From: Bacteroidales bacterium
Lineage (GTDB): Bacteria > Bacteroidota > Bacteroidia > Bacteroidales > UBA1715
Length of the DNA stretch: 64,000 nt
Direction: 5' to 3'
NCBI GenBank assembly: GCA_016714605.1
Contig: JADKDL010000027.1
Location: 1,527-65,526 of the forward strand
Shown: positions 63,946-64,000 of the stretch, in pieces
Numbering within the stretch: position 1 is the first letter of the stretch
Layout: the number at the start of each line of letters is the position of its first letter
Translations under genes and position numbers: made by a program
The notes under the pieces: generated by a model
Told to the model about the DNA's origin: nothing
Database searches by the model: none
The model's input: the letters and a program-made list of their open reading frames with translations, nothing else

Positions 63946-64000
63946 GCGTATGCAATACGCCCATACGGGTAAATCATTGCGTATAATGGTTATGATGATT

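Overview
Bacteroidetes-type chromosomal window: low GC, mostly minus-strand genes, a T9SS C-terminal domain protein, a hybrid two-component sensor, SusC-independent TonB receptors. Content by position. (1) 1-8.5 kb: four tandem secreted xylan-type enzymes (GH27 alpha-galactosidase, DUF303/GQSNMAG esterase, GH10 xylanase, GH30 xylanase). Each carries Ig-like and CBM6 modules and a shared uncharacterised ~75-aa C-terminal module. (2) 9-13 kb: a hybrid two-component sensor (HTCS) broken by a 10-bp tandem duplication and two single-base indels, with a 12-unit, exactly 21-bp-periodic AAGCTT palindrome array upstream. (3) 13.6-19.6 kb: a two-gene cassette repeated three times in tandem, encoding small secreted coiled-coil proteins with a beta-rich C-terminus ending in Phe; the most novel-looking locus in the window. 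(4) 20-27 kb: a TonB-dependent receptor, a heptamer dyad array, a single-polypeptide LytS-LytTR fusion and a GAF histidine kinase. (5) 27-30 kb: a LamG/HEXXH protein carrying the same C-terminal module twice, split by an in-frame TAG. (6) 30-51 kb: a cobalamin salvage/biosynthesis neighbourhood (BtuB-like receptor, BtuFCD-like ABC transporter, CobO, CbiA, two near-identical B12 riboswitches, a TrpD-family paralog). An octaheme c-type cytochrome + cytochrome b + YeeE/YedE-rhodanese + CcsBA module sits inside it. (7) 51-64 kb: an FGE-sulfatase-family lipoprotein, a PIN-domain gene flanked by a ~290-bp repeat family, a 2173-aa repeat/beta-helix surface protein, a T9SS cargo protein, a 21-bp coding minisatellite and a SUKH-like immunity gene. 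About a dozen of the genes called here are interrupted by frame changes or a stop (17 disruptions counted), while a 6.5-kb ORF and a 13-kb gene block are intact. That pattern suggests either genuine gene decay or uneven sequence quality. All calls rest on motifs read directly in the translations; no database search was possible.
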